Origin: Octopus bimaculoides
Taxonomy: Eukaryota
Direction of reading: 5' to 3'
Length of the DNA: 64,000 bases
Assembly (NCBI RefSeq): GCF_001194135.2
Contig: NC_068985.1
Location: forward strand, 92,976,677-93,040,676
Both the position numbers and the translations under genes were made by a program. Every line of letters starts with the position of its first letter. Within the stretch, counting starts at the first letter, position 1. The notes under the pieces are model-generated. The model was given only the letters and a program-made list of their open reading frames with translations, ran no database searches and was not told the origin of the DNA. Shown in pieces: positions 27,086 to 39,065 of the stretch.

Positions 27086-28473
27086 ATCCAGGTTGAGAAA
27101 ATACTTCAGCTCTGATAAATTATTAACCATCTACAAAGTTTAAGCAAGACCCACTTTGAGGTTCTGTTCAGAGATACAAGACGGTGAGACTATTCATGCA
27201 CAAACAAAACATCTTAGCAATTATCCAAACGAAGACCTTTCCACTCACCAACATTCTACAATCATTGGCACAAGTTTCACTGTTTCTTTTATAGGTCTTC
27301 TTCCTTCACTGTTGTTGTCTCTACATTTCTAACCTGACATGGTAAATACTATCTCAGCTCCTGTTCACTGAAGGCACTCCTTTCTCTTCTTTTCTTTACT
27401 GTTTATCTCCCTACATTAATAACTTCATCCAGTCATTACATTTTGGATCTGCAACCCTCTTCAACTCATTCTCTCTGCATGGTTTTCCTACCATACATCA
27501 TTCACAGAACAACAATATATTGATCTCGTTGAGGATTTGCAAACGTGTTGGTTGCGGACATCCACTAATTAATAAAATATATTTGAAAATAAAACCAAAC
27601 AACCTTATTTTTATGATTGTATCTAAATAGCTGTTTCTATGGAACATTCTATAGAATATCTCTCCCCAACCCACCAAAGTTTTGTTTTGTTGCCCACCAG
27701 AAGGATTTACATTAGGTAATTTCATTGTTACTTCATGTAATACAGGTATTACCTAGGTGTTGCTTAGGTGCGATGCCTGCAGTTATAAACGACAGCAATT
27801 GATAGTCCAATAAATATTATCAGTTGTTTCCCTCTCTTCTTAAGCAATATCTTTAATAACTTTCATGCATGATTATGCTTATTTTCTTTTTCATTCCATT
27901 TCTATTTAAAATGGTGTGTTCTCTGATGATAGTTCAAAGAATTCAGAAGAATTCTTATATTGTTTTTGTGTGTGTGTATGTTTGTGTAGAAAGAATGAAT
28001 GCAATATGGTGAATAGTTTTGAAGTTAGCTTTTTAATCACAAGACACCTGGTTCAATTCCATTGGATGGCACCTTGCTCAAGTGTCTTTTATTGCATCCT
28101 CTGTTTCACCCAAGCCTTTTGAGCAAAAGAAATTTATGTAGATGGGACTGGATGGATTGTATATGTAATTTAAAAGCACAGCCTTGTCCATATTCTGTGT
28201 CACACTGAATCTGCCTGAGAATTACATGTCAGTGGATAACTAAACCATTTTATACTAATTCATTCAATGAACAGGTAATCCAGCTTCATACTCATCATCA
28301 AAACTGATGGGGATCTAATCTTCACCTAATACAATAAATGAATGAATACATGTTAATATATATACAATACATGAGAAATAAGTACTCAAACAGAATGTGT
28401 TGAGTAATATTAAACTGGATCTTTACTAATGCAACTCTGAGTATTGCTTTGCAATAATGCATATATACATGCA

Positions 28474-28693
28474 TACTCTTTACTCTTTTGCTTGTTTCAG
28501 TCATTTGACTGTGGCCATGCTGGAGCACCACCTTTAGTCGAGCAAATCGGCCCCAGGACTTATTCTTTGGAAGCCTAGTACTTATTCTATCAGTCACTTT
28601 TACCGAACCGCTAGGTTACGGGTCGTAAACACACCAGCATCGGTTGTCAAGCGATGTTGGGGGTGGCAAACACAGGCATACAAACATATACAT

Positions 28694-28726
<33 letters not shown>

Positions 28727-29004
28727 GGTTCAAAAAAGGAAAAAGACAAAAAAACAACAACGTGAGGGCGTGATACAGATTGTGTTACTAGACGCTCGGG
28801 AAAGGAAAGAAAGAGAATTTGACACACACACACATATACGATGGGCTTCTTTCAGTTTTCCGTCTACCAAATCCACTCACAAGGCTTTGGTCGGCCTGAT
28901 GCTATAGTAGAAGACACTTGTCCAAGGTGCCACGTAGTGGGACTGAACCCAGAACCATGTGGTTCGTAAGCAAGCTACTTACCACACAGCCACTCCTACG
29001 CCTA
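28474..29004 (-). mobile_element. SINE family A (full length) with a foreign 97-bp insert in its central microsatellite (28727-28823)
   Basis: Collinear with 4941-5349 except for the insert. Confidence 0.88.
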
Positions 29005-29469
29005 TGCATGTATAATATACTCTTGCAAGTACACGTACAGACACACACAAAAGTTCTGTTAATCAGAATGTACACCATCAAAAATTCTTTGTCCCTTCTA
29101 CTCATTCATTGTTGGTCATCTTCTATACTTCTTCCCGTCAGTCCTACCCAATTCTTATACTGGTTGCCTAATTCCCCTCCTTCATCCACCCCCATTTCTC
29201 ACTCACCCATACTCTCTTGTAACCACCACTATAACCTACATTCCTTGTCTCTCTGTCTCCACTCATTTATAATGATCTCGTACCTTCAGAGTCCCTCCTA
29301 ACACTTCATCACTACTATGTTTATCTCTTTCCTGCTCCACCTGGTCGCTCTTATATTTCCTTCTAAAATGCGAATTGTATAGCACCTCTGCCGCAAAGAA
29401 CTGTTTCTCTCTGGCCTCTTCTCCCATACTTTTACCTATCATCTTCTAGCATAAAGCTTCCCCCTCAGG

Positions 29470-29705
29470 AGGTTGTAGTTTTGCAAGATGCATGGTGACC
29501 TCACTAGTGCTGGTGGCATGAAGAAAAAGAAAAGCACCTGATATATACTGAAAGGTGGTTGGTATTAGGAAAGGCATCTAGCCATAGAAACCCTGTCAAA
29601 GCAGACACTGGAGCACAATGCTGTCCTTGGGTCCATTGGATCCTGTTAAAACCATCAAACCCATGACAGTATGGAATATGGACATTAAATAATAACAATG
29701 ACGAT
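29470..29705 (+). mobile_element. Diverged family B-related RTE 3' end
   Basis: gtgacctcactagtgctggtggca..ttaggaaaggcatctagccatagaaacc..aacccatg..ggacattaaataataacaatgacgatg; a similar copy lies at 58690-58910. Confidence 0.6.
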
Positions 29706-31145
29706 GGTAGTGGTGGTGCTTGACATGGCTAGACTGATCTAAGCTTTTCAAAGGGGACAGAGGTAAAAATAATCATTAGAAATTATTAATACCATCTACT
29801 GCTTCTAATTGCTGCTATGCTATACACTTTATTTCTATTGTAATTCTGTCAACATCTTATCCGGAGGGGACTTTTTCACTAATCTTTCTATGTAGTATAC
29901 AGCCAACTACTTATTGTTACGTTAACATGTACAGGAAACTAGCCTACTACTATTTTACAGCATGTTGCAGAATCTCTCTTGCTCTGACAGTCTGCTGCAC
30001 TTCTAAATTAAAAATCAGAACAGTTTTTTTTTGTCTTTTTCACTCATTGTCTTTACAGATGGGGGAAACCAAACCTTTCTCCACTCTGTGACATTTACAA
30101 AATAGTTTGTTTTTGTTTTTTTATCATTATTAATTTATCATAGAAATTTCCTGATTTAATCAAATTACATTATAGATTTTTTTCTTTTTTGCATTTATTT
30201 TTTAAGTCAGTGATATAGTTGTTTGGAAACAATTAGAGAATAAAATATTAGTAAAACTGATAAGCTACATCCATGATTAAAAAATACTTGACAAGACAGA
30301 TTCAAATCAAGATAGATAATCTGTCACTAATTCTAAATAAATTTATCTTTGATTTTTCTCTTTTACTTTTATCAATACCTATATTTCATGAACTTGGGGA
30401 TTTATTCTTTTCAATGTCTTATATTATTATGTAGCCTTTTATTACTGAACTTAATTTAGATGCTTGTAAACTGACAGTTAGCCTTACTAGCTTTAGGTAT
30501 CCCTAGACATAGTCCTCTGCTGTATCACTTTGATTTTATACTTGTTACTCTATTGATTTTTCACTTGTGACTTTAGAACTTATCATGTATGAAGCAGAGA
30601 ATGCTATTGAGTAACCCTGGTTAACTCTTCTCACACAGGCATACGACACCTGTATGTGCCACATATTCTGTCACCTATAGTTGACTCTGTGTGTGTGTGA
30701 GTGTTTAATGTGGAATAATATCAGGACTTGTTGAATTTGCTTTACCTGCTCTGGTATCTAGAATATGTGCAAGATAGACACTATCAGTTCGTGACAGCAT
30801 CACTTTATTTCTGATGTGTATGTATTATTTCAGTCAGTTCAGATAACGAATGCTTTTCAAAAGCTATTTCTGTCTCTTTCAGTTGTACTCTTGACGTGCT
30901 TCGGTGTTTTTGATCTTTACTTATTTACTGAGGCAGTACCTATGAAATTTGTGGAAATGATCACTTTCTAAAGAATATACCTTCTTATGAATAAATTCAG
31001 CAATTAAAAATTGAGGATATTCTTAATGAGTTTTAAGAAAGGCAAAACTAATTGGATGATCTTCATCTTTGACTCCTGTAGTTTTATCCATGGGTTATAT
31101 TTGTATATGATTTCTGTATGCAATAATCCTTTCTACTGTAGGCAC

Positions 31146-31523
31146 ATCATCATCATCATCATCATCATCATTTAACGTCCGCTTTCCATGCTAGCATGGG
31201 TTGGACGATTTTGACTGAGGACTGGCGAACCAGATGGCTGCACCAGGCTCCAATCTGATTTGGCAGAGTCTCTACAGCTTGATTCCCTTCCTAACACCAA
31301 CGGCTCCGAGAGTGTAGTGGGTGATTTAACGTGCCACTCAGGCGGTACTGGCAACGGCCACACTCAAATGGTGTTCTTACATGCCACCTGCACAGGAGTC
31401 AGTCCAGCGGTGCTGGCAACGACCTCGCTCGAATGTTTTGTTCACATGCCACCAGCACAAGTGCCAGTAAGGTGACGCTGGTAACGATCACGCTGAAATT
31501 GTGCTTTTTACGTGCCACCAGCC
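31146..31523 (-). mobile_element. Family B copy
   Basis: (CAT)n followed by ttaacgtccgctttccatgctagcatggg.. and the subrepeats in reverse orientation. Confidence 0.85.
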
Positions 31524-31714
31524 TGAAATTTGGTGGGAGGGGACAAGTTGATTACATCGACCCCAGTACTCAACAGATACTTATTTTATCGACTCACCCA
31601 AAAGGATGAAAGGCAAAGTCGACCTCAGCAGAATTTGAACTCGGAACGTAAGGTCGGACGAAATGCTGCTCTGCATTTTGCCCGGTGTGCTAACGATTCT
31701 GCCAGCTCACCACC
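31524..31714 (-). mobile_element. tRNA-derived SINE family D
   Basis: Minus strand ggtggtgagctggcagaatcgttag (A-box-like) ..gagttcaaattc (B-box) ..gaggtcgactttgcctttcatcc; further copies at 38-39 kb and 62.5-63 kb. Confidence 0.85.
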
Positions 31715-34700
31715 TTATTTCTGCATACAATAATGTACATACACACATATGTCTGTATGTGTATACAAATGCATGCACCTACCCACCCTGTCTTAAAACA
31801 CTTATTAAAGATTTCACATTTGCATAATAATATCATTAATCTTATTTATATTAACCACGTTTTTGATGGGCTTTTGTAGTAAGGTTAGAATTTTAGAAAG
31901 CAAGTAATCCCATTTACAGCTCATTAGCTAATCTGTTTGAAATATATTTGAAAAGCAAGTGGTATGTGTCAGTAGAATATAGAAACATTCTCAAACTGCA
32001 ATAAATTATCAAACTTAAATTAATAATCTGTTCACTCATTTAATCTTTCATTTTCCATATTAGCATAGGTTAGATGGGGGTGGTGGCTATCTGAGGTAGA
32101 GTTTCATGGCCAGATGCTCTTCGCTTGCTCGAAAAGCAAAGTTTGCTGGATTCAATCTGTATCTGTCTTTCAAGTGAGGGATTGTTAATATCACAGGTCT
32201 ATGAAAGCTCATGACCACTAGTCATAGTGCCAACAAAGAATATAAACCATTGGTTTTATATTTTCGGTATTGGTCTTTGGTACTTTAAGCACATATCCTT
32301 GCTGACTATTTTATTTATCTTACTAATATATCTTTTTTTACTGCTTGACTATAAATTCATGTTTATAAGAACTTTATGAATTTTTCATTCATCTTTTATT
32401 ATTTTTCAAATTTGGTATTATTTTTCTTTTTTATCATCCATTTTCCACGTGTAAAGAGTATTGGGCTCGCAATCATAAAGTCATGGGTTCAGCTCCTGAA
32501 CTAGGTGGTGCCTCATGTCCTTGAGCATGGTCTTGCAAATGAGTATCAGCCAAGAGCTGGTGGTTCTCCCCCCCCCCCCATTGTTACATCCTCGATGTTC
32601 TGCTAGATCAAAAGTGGCAAGGCAAAGACTGTCTGTTCCCTACTACCTACAGAACTAAAACAGCAAAAATAGTTACCAAGTCCTACTGACTCGGAAGTGA
32701 CAACTAGTCTTATTTTAACTATTTTTACTTACGATTTAGCTTGTTAAAGGACATTGATGTACAATATGATAAATTCATCTCAATTATTATAATAGAATGA
32801 TTATATTCACTTACTACCTTAAAAGCCACCCTACCGAGCAGCTTTTAAGCTAGCTCCTGTGGAGAGCTCTTCATTAGGCCTTGGGACCAACAATAACACT
32901 TCATGCATTGAGTACATACTAAGTTTTATTAAACTTGATCAATATTTTTCAAGCAATGAACAATTTTCGTCAAAACAAAGATATAATTTGTCGACTTGGA
33001 ACTTATTGCAAAGCTGCATGATAAATTACAGTACCACAACCATCGCCACCACATCTGCAATACACATACCATTCAGCCTTTTTGTGATGGTAATGGAGTG
33101 ATAGTAATTGTATGAGCTCTAATTGTGATAGAGGTGGATGCGTCTGTGATGATGGTGGTAGCCGAGGTGGTCAGGGATGAGGTGAGAATAAGCGATGTGA
33201 ACGACAGTGGTGATGGTGATGGAGGGGAAGGCGGCAAAGTCAAAGGTATTGATAGAGGTGGCGTCAGAAGTCTGAATGGTTTGTGCATGGCAGATGTGGT
33301 GGTGGTACTAAGAAAATGAATTTAGCGTTCAGTCTCTCTTTCTCTCACATACCCACTCTTTCTCTCTCTCTCTGTCTTATTATTACTCCCACTGCCACCA
33401 TCAACACTACTACTTTTAATAAAACATCAACAGTAGAAGTATCTTTGAATTGTGAGAGAGGGGAGTCAAAGTGTGACACACTGACACACAGAAATTAGGT
33501 TTTGCATTTATCATATTAAATAACTATTTGCTTCCTACTTCATTTTATAGGGTTTTAAATCACTAAAAGAATCTTTTTTTTTTTTACTTTATAAATGCAT
33601 TTCTTAAATTTATTGAATATGGGCTGGCGCCTAATCCTTGTAATGCATTGATAACTAATATAAGGTTTCTTATTGCATTTTTTGATGGTCAGAGTGAAAT
33701 AGATTCTCATTAACTTCATTTTTTTTTAATCATCTATTGATATGCTCTATCCTAGAACTGCATTTATTTATTGGGTTTTACTAGATGCCAAGGATAAATA
33801 TTCTATAGAACTCTTAGAGCCTAGAGCAATAATGAAATAGCTTTTGGTACATCTAGCCATTATATAGAAACATTGTCTGTGCATTTTGTTCATTGGTAGA
33901 CATCAATTTTTTACTGCTTCATTTTCATTAAAAACTTCAGATATATTTTATAATTATTTGCTTTTAATTAATATTATATACACGATATCTTGTAACGGAA
34001 CTAAATTGGTGCCAGTTTTGAAAGTTATTTATCATCAATTTAATAAAAATACTTTTTTATATTAGTTACGTAGCTATATTAAATCTTTAAGCTAGTTACA
34101 TTATGGTATTGATCGATTAATTATTATTTTGTTTTTGGACTGATTTGCTAAATTAGATATTACTATAATTTAATTTCTCCTGATATTTCTATCGATATTA
34201 CTGAACTTAATATAGTGTGTTCAATAAATTTTTCTGAAAATTAGCAGTTAACTATGTTTAATTATTATTACATAATGTATACAGTATATTTGTGTTTATA
34301 ATCATATTGCTATGCTTTTGAGCAATACACTATCCCATAGAAATATTTAGAACTTTATATATATCATAGAATTTTATGTATTAATGATTAAATATTGAAA
34401 TATATATTTTAGTGTTGGTCTGAAATATTTTTGAAGATATATTTGCTGTTTTAAAAATACTTTTCTTAATTCGTCTTATTTCTTTTGCTTTGTGTTTGTG
34501 TGTGTGTGTGTTTGTGTGTGTGTGCTTACTCTATACTTTTTAGAGTTTTAATTAATGTAATTCACCTTAATTACTGTATTGATAGTCATGTTCATTCTAA
34601 AATAAAAACTAACGAGTTTCAGGAATTTGACTATTTGATAGTAAAATCACATTTCAGTCTTCAGTAATTCCTAGTAATCTCTCACTTTCTGTTATTTTTA

Positions 34701-36231
34701 ACCAAGATTATACTTTTAAAATCATTTTCTGTTGTGATTTTGTTTTTCTTATATATTTTTACTTTTGTTTATTTATTTGTAAACAGCTCTTCCTTTCCAC
34801 TCAGCTTTAACTTACATATAAATATAAACTGCAAGTTGCCTGACACTATATTACCAAAGTATCCCACAATATATTTTTAAAAAATTCAAGTGCTATATTT
34901 GTGTTATGCATTAATCAAAAGTTTTTTTAATCTGTGTGTGTGTGTAGGTGTGTGTATAATATATCCATACATATATATATAAATGTCTATATATATATTT
35001 ATGTATGTACGCCTGCATATGTATATGTATGCATGTGTATGTATATGTGCACACACATACAAACAAACACGCATTGTTATATCTGGGAAGTCCTAATATA
35101 ACCTATGAAAGACACTCACCAATTGCTGTTTGTCTATATTTCTCCCCCACCCCCGCTTTTTTTTTCCTCTAAAGTAGTTGATCTTTGTTTATGTCCCAAA
35201 AGCTTTTTTGACTACATCAATCTCTATCCTTCTCAATGTGTTATTTCTTTTAAATGCTTGGGTTTTAGCTTTTAACTTTTTTTTTCTTACTACGTCTCCA
35301 TGGCTGGAAGCATATGAAATAACGATGTTTATTTGTTTTCATTTTCTTTCTATTCTTTTATTATTGTTAACATCAGAATCAGTGTGTGTATGTGTGTGTG
35401 TGTGTGTGTGTGTTAGTTGACTTTAGTTATTTTTGGATTTATTTTATCTTTACTCGCATATTATTGTCATGGTGCATTATTGTTACATGACATTGTTATC
35501 CCACTTGTTGTTCATATTAAACATGTGGGTGGGGTCTGCCTCCTGTATTTGTATAGCTTCAGTCATCTATCATAAGGGTTGGTCTTTTGGTTATCTAGAA
35601 AGAAATTTTTTACTTTGACATTTTTTATTGAGCCATTGTATTTCTGTATGGCATGTTGATAGACTATGGATATTTTTCTTTCATTCTACTCTCTCCAATG
35701 TTCTCTAAACCTTTCATGTAGGTTGCATTATGTCTCTCCTACAGAGGCTGTAGTGGTGTTCCTATATTGTCTCTCCTTCATCTGATGTAGTACACAATGT
35801 CTTTAGTTTTGCAATTTGTTTTTAGGGTTTATTGTATATATTTTGCTGTTGTAGTCAGTGCAAGCTGTTTTCTTAAATACATATGATATAAAAGGATGGA
35901 TCTGCCTATTTTTATTACTGCTTTCTTTCGTAAGCTTTGTGTCATGTAGTGCTTTCCTAAATTTACAGGCTAGTTAACTTCTGGATGTAGCATTAATGAA
36001 TGTCACATGTTGAAATTGTTTTTTCTCATACCAGTTCTCTTGTCCTGTTTTTTTTTTTTTTCATTTTTTCTGTCAACTCTGTTCCAGAATTCACTTCAAC
36101 ATTTGGAGCAATTCCATTAACATCGTTGCCGAAGACGGTTTCAAACTCTTCACTGGCTCCTTTGTATTCTCTGATCCAGTATCTGTTTCAGGCAGAGAAT
36201 TGTATGAGGTAGATGAAATCTTGTATATACT

Positions 36232-36343
36232 CTGGCCTTCATGCCGGTGGCATGTAAAAGCACCCACTACACTCTCGGAGTGGTCGGCGTTAGGAAGGGC
36301 ATCCAGCTGTAGAAATTTTGCCAGATCAGATTGAGCCTGGTGC
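36232..36343 (+). mobile_element. Family B internal fragment
   Basis: gtggcatgtaaaagcacccactacactctcggagtgg..gccagatcagattgagcctggtgca; truncated at both ends. Confidence 0.8.
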
Positions 36344-36414
36344 ATAAGAATGAGAGGGGAATAGTTTTCAACTTTATATTTTCTGACGCGACTCTATCTC
36401 TTTCTCTATAATTT

Positions 36415-36606
36415 TTTCTCCTTCTCGTTCTTCCTCTGTTACTACTACGAATCTCTCTTTACCCCTCTCGTTCTTCCTTCCGTTACTACTATATCTCTCT
36501 CTTTCCCCTCTCGTTCTTCCTTCTGTTACTACTATTTCCTCTCTTCCTCTCGTTCTTTCGTTGCTCACCTATTCTTCTACTTCCTCCCTTTGTTTCTCCC
36601 TCTACT
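36415..36606. repeat. Pyrimidine-rich minisatellite, ~40-45-bp unit TCTCGTTCTTCCTTCYGTTACTACTA..., running into a gap
   Basis: Three clear units and a partial fourth are visible before the N run. Confidence 0.75.
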
Positions 36607-36769
36607 NNNNNNNNNNNNNNNNNNNNNNNNNNNNNNNNNNNNNNNNNNNNNNNNNNNNNNNNNNNNNNNNNNNNNNNNNNNNNNNNNNNNNNNNNNNNNN
36701 NNNNNNNNNNNNNNNNNNNNNNNNNNNNNNNNNNNNNNNNNNNNNNNNNNNNNNNNNNNNNNNNNNNNN
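36607..36769. other. Assembly gap (163 N)
   Basis: N run; other gaps at 53725-53832 (108 N) and 61510-61549 (40 N). Confidence 0.99.
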
Positions 36770-37080
36770 GTTTTTTGTCCGCCACTACATTCCTCCATGG
36801 CACAGGTTTAATTTGTGTATACACATTTAATTTGCGGTCCATGGGAAGAGCCGTTTTAACGATGCGTCCTACCCAACTCTTCGAAACGCCGGAGTTAAAA
36901 CGGGGGTAGCTGATGAAGGAAAATGTTCTCTATGAGGCTTGTGTGCTTTCTGTTCTCTGGTTATTATTATTTTCTTGTCTACGTTTTGTTTGCAATGTCC
37001 TGTACCCAGATATGCACCTATATATACAGGTAGACGTAGGTATGCACATACCTGTACGTATATATGCATATACTCATTTA
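36770..37080 (+). mobile_element. Repeat fragment hosting the permuted hammerhead; possibly a Penelope-like terminal-repeat or retrozyme-like element
   Basis: GC-richer island next to a gap, carrying the hammerhead core and followed by a T-rich tail (ttattattattttcttgtctacgttttgtttg) as in Penelope-type termini. Family assignment is inference; only one copy is in the window. Confidence 0.4.
36851..36922 (+). ncRNA. Putative non-circularly permuted hammerhead ribozyme (strand order GUC / GAAA / CUGAUGA); predicted cleavage between 36868 and 36869
   Basis: GCGUC|CUACCC at 36864-36874, CUCUUC-GAAACGC at 36877-36889, GGGUAG-CUGAUGA-A-GGAAA at 36904-36922. Stem I is 6 WC pairs; stem III is 4 WC pairs; stem II is weak (C-G, U.G, U-A, mismatch, U-A). 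An extra perfect 10-bp helix pairs 36851-36860 with 36894-36903. Confidence 0.7.
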
Positions 37081-37088
37081 TTATTGTT

Positions 37089-37119
<31 letters not shown>

Positions 37120-38184
37120 AACACATACACAGGCATATATATATATATGTGTGATTCACGCACATACACACGTGTGTGTGTGTGTGTGTCCCCGTACATA
37201 TTGATATTGTATGGTACATTGCATATTCTTTAAAATTGCAATGGTATAAAAGAACAAAAGTACATATTTTATAAGAATCATTTTTTGAATTGGCTTTGTA
37301 GAAATGCGTATGTCTATTATTCTATTTTTTGTAGTGTACTATAAAATTTTGTATTAGTTTTTCCCTTAATTTTTATACCATAAAATTGTGAAATAGGCAC
37401 TCATATGCCTAAACACACTCGGAATCCATCGAATGAGAAATATACCTGAAACATAATTTGTGAATTATTGAATAATGTTTTGCATAGTCATGACATTTTG
37501 CAACTTTAAAGCATGTATTTACTGTTTCCATGTCAATACATTGACGAATTTACATATATCTATGTTTCTAAAGTACTATAGAATAGATCCTTTTAACTGT
37601 GAATACCATTGTGATACGAACAAAAAGGAAACAATTTCATAACATCGTGTTTTCTTTGTATACCTGATTAATATTTTGAGAGGATTTTTTTTAAGCTTTT
37701 ATTTGAACTACGTTATTCCTTATTTTTCACTGCGAACATCGTAGCAGTAGCAGTATTAGTATCATTGTTGTTGCCAGCATATCTTCGAACAATAGTGCCG
37801 TAAATGTTGGCAGAGTGGTTAACGAACTTCTGTTTTTTTTAATAGGCCATTAATTACAAAAATGTCATCGTATTATTTTGTGACAATAGCCATGTTTTAT
37901 GGTTATGGCTTAGGATAAAAGCGTATTTATAATTTCATTAGAATATAATTTTTTTTAATTCTCACACTACTACATCTATTATATGTATTTAAAAATACAT
38001 CAACAGATTGCAAAGAATATCAGTTTTCTTCTTTCAACTCTATCCCTCTCATCCTGCACATTCTGCTGTTACTATTGCCTCTGTTATTGGTATATTACCT
38101 GCAACAGACTCTTTGAAAGGAAAGTATTGTTCCGCAGCATCAGTATTTGACTAAGCAATAATATCCTACAACTTATTAAATTGA

Positions 38185-39065
38185 TTTCAAATTTTGACAC
38201 AGGGCCGGCAGTTTCGAGTGAGGGGGCAAATTGATTATATCAACTCCAGTGTTCAATTGGTTCTTAATTTATCGACAAAAGGCAAAGATGACCTTGGTGG
38301 AATTTGAACTCAGAACATGGAGACAGATGAAATGCCACTAAGCATTTTGCCCTGCATGCTAATAATTCTGTCAGCTCACCACCTTAGCAATGCGTAAACA
38401 TTACTTTCAAATTTTGGCACAAGGCCAGCAGTTTAGGGGGAACGTGTGTGCTGACTACATTTAACCCCAGTACTCAACTGGTACTTATTTTATTGACCCC
38501 CCCCAAAAGGATGACAGGCAAAGTTGACCCCGTCTATATCTTGTTAAATTGACATCCACTCACAAGCTTCAAGCTATAATAGAAGACACTTGCCCAAGGT
38601 GCCATACAGTGAGACTGAACCTGGAACCATGTGGTTGGTTAGCAAGCTACTTACCACTCCTGCGCCTGATATTGATGCATGCTTTTAGTGTGTTTCTATG
38701 TAATTAATATATTTGAGGTGACTATTAATTCTGGCCAGTTGATGGCATCCTTTCAGGGTCAATAAATTAAGTACCAGTTACGCACTGGAGTTGATGTATT
38801 CGACTTAATCCATTTTCTGTCCTTGTTTGTCTCCTCTATGTTTAGCCCCTTGTGGGCAATAAAGAAATAAGAAATGTTAGCACACCGGGCGAAATGTTTA
38901 GCGGTATTTCGTCTGTCTTTACATTCTGAGTTCAAATTCCATCGAGGTCGATTTTGCCTTTCATTCTTTTGGGGTCGATAAATTAAATACCAGTTTCATC
39001 CTGGGTCGATCTAATTGACTAGCCTCCTCCCCAAAAATTTTGGGCCTTGTGCCTAGAGTAAAAAC
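38185..39065. mobile_element. SINE pile-up: D(-) 38185-38384, D(-) 38405-38530, A(-) 38554-38667, D(+) 38746-38871, D(+) 38872-39065
   Basis: Each piece aligns by eye to family D (31524-31714) or family A (4941-5349). Confidence 0.8.

Noticed and set aside
36845-36910. HDV-like ribozyme fold for the interlocking helices
   Set aside because: There is no room for P4/J4-2 before the closing strand and no G+1 pairing; the hammerhead core explains the helices better.
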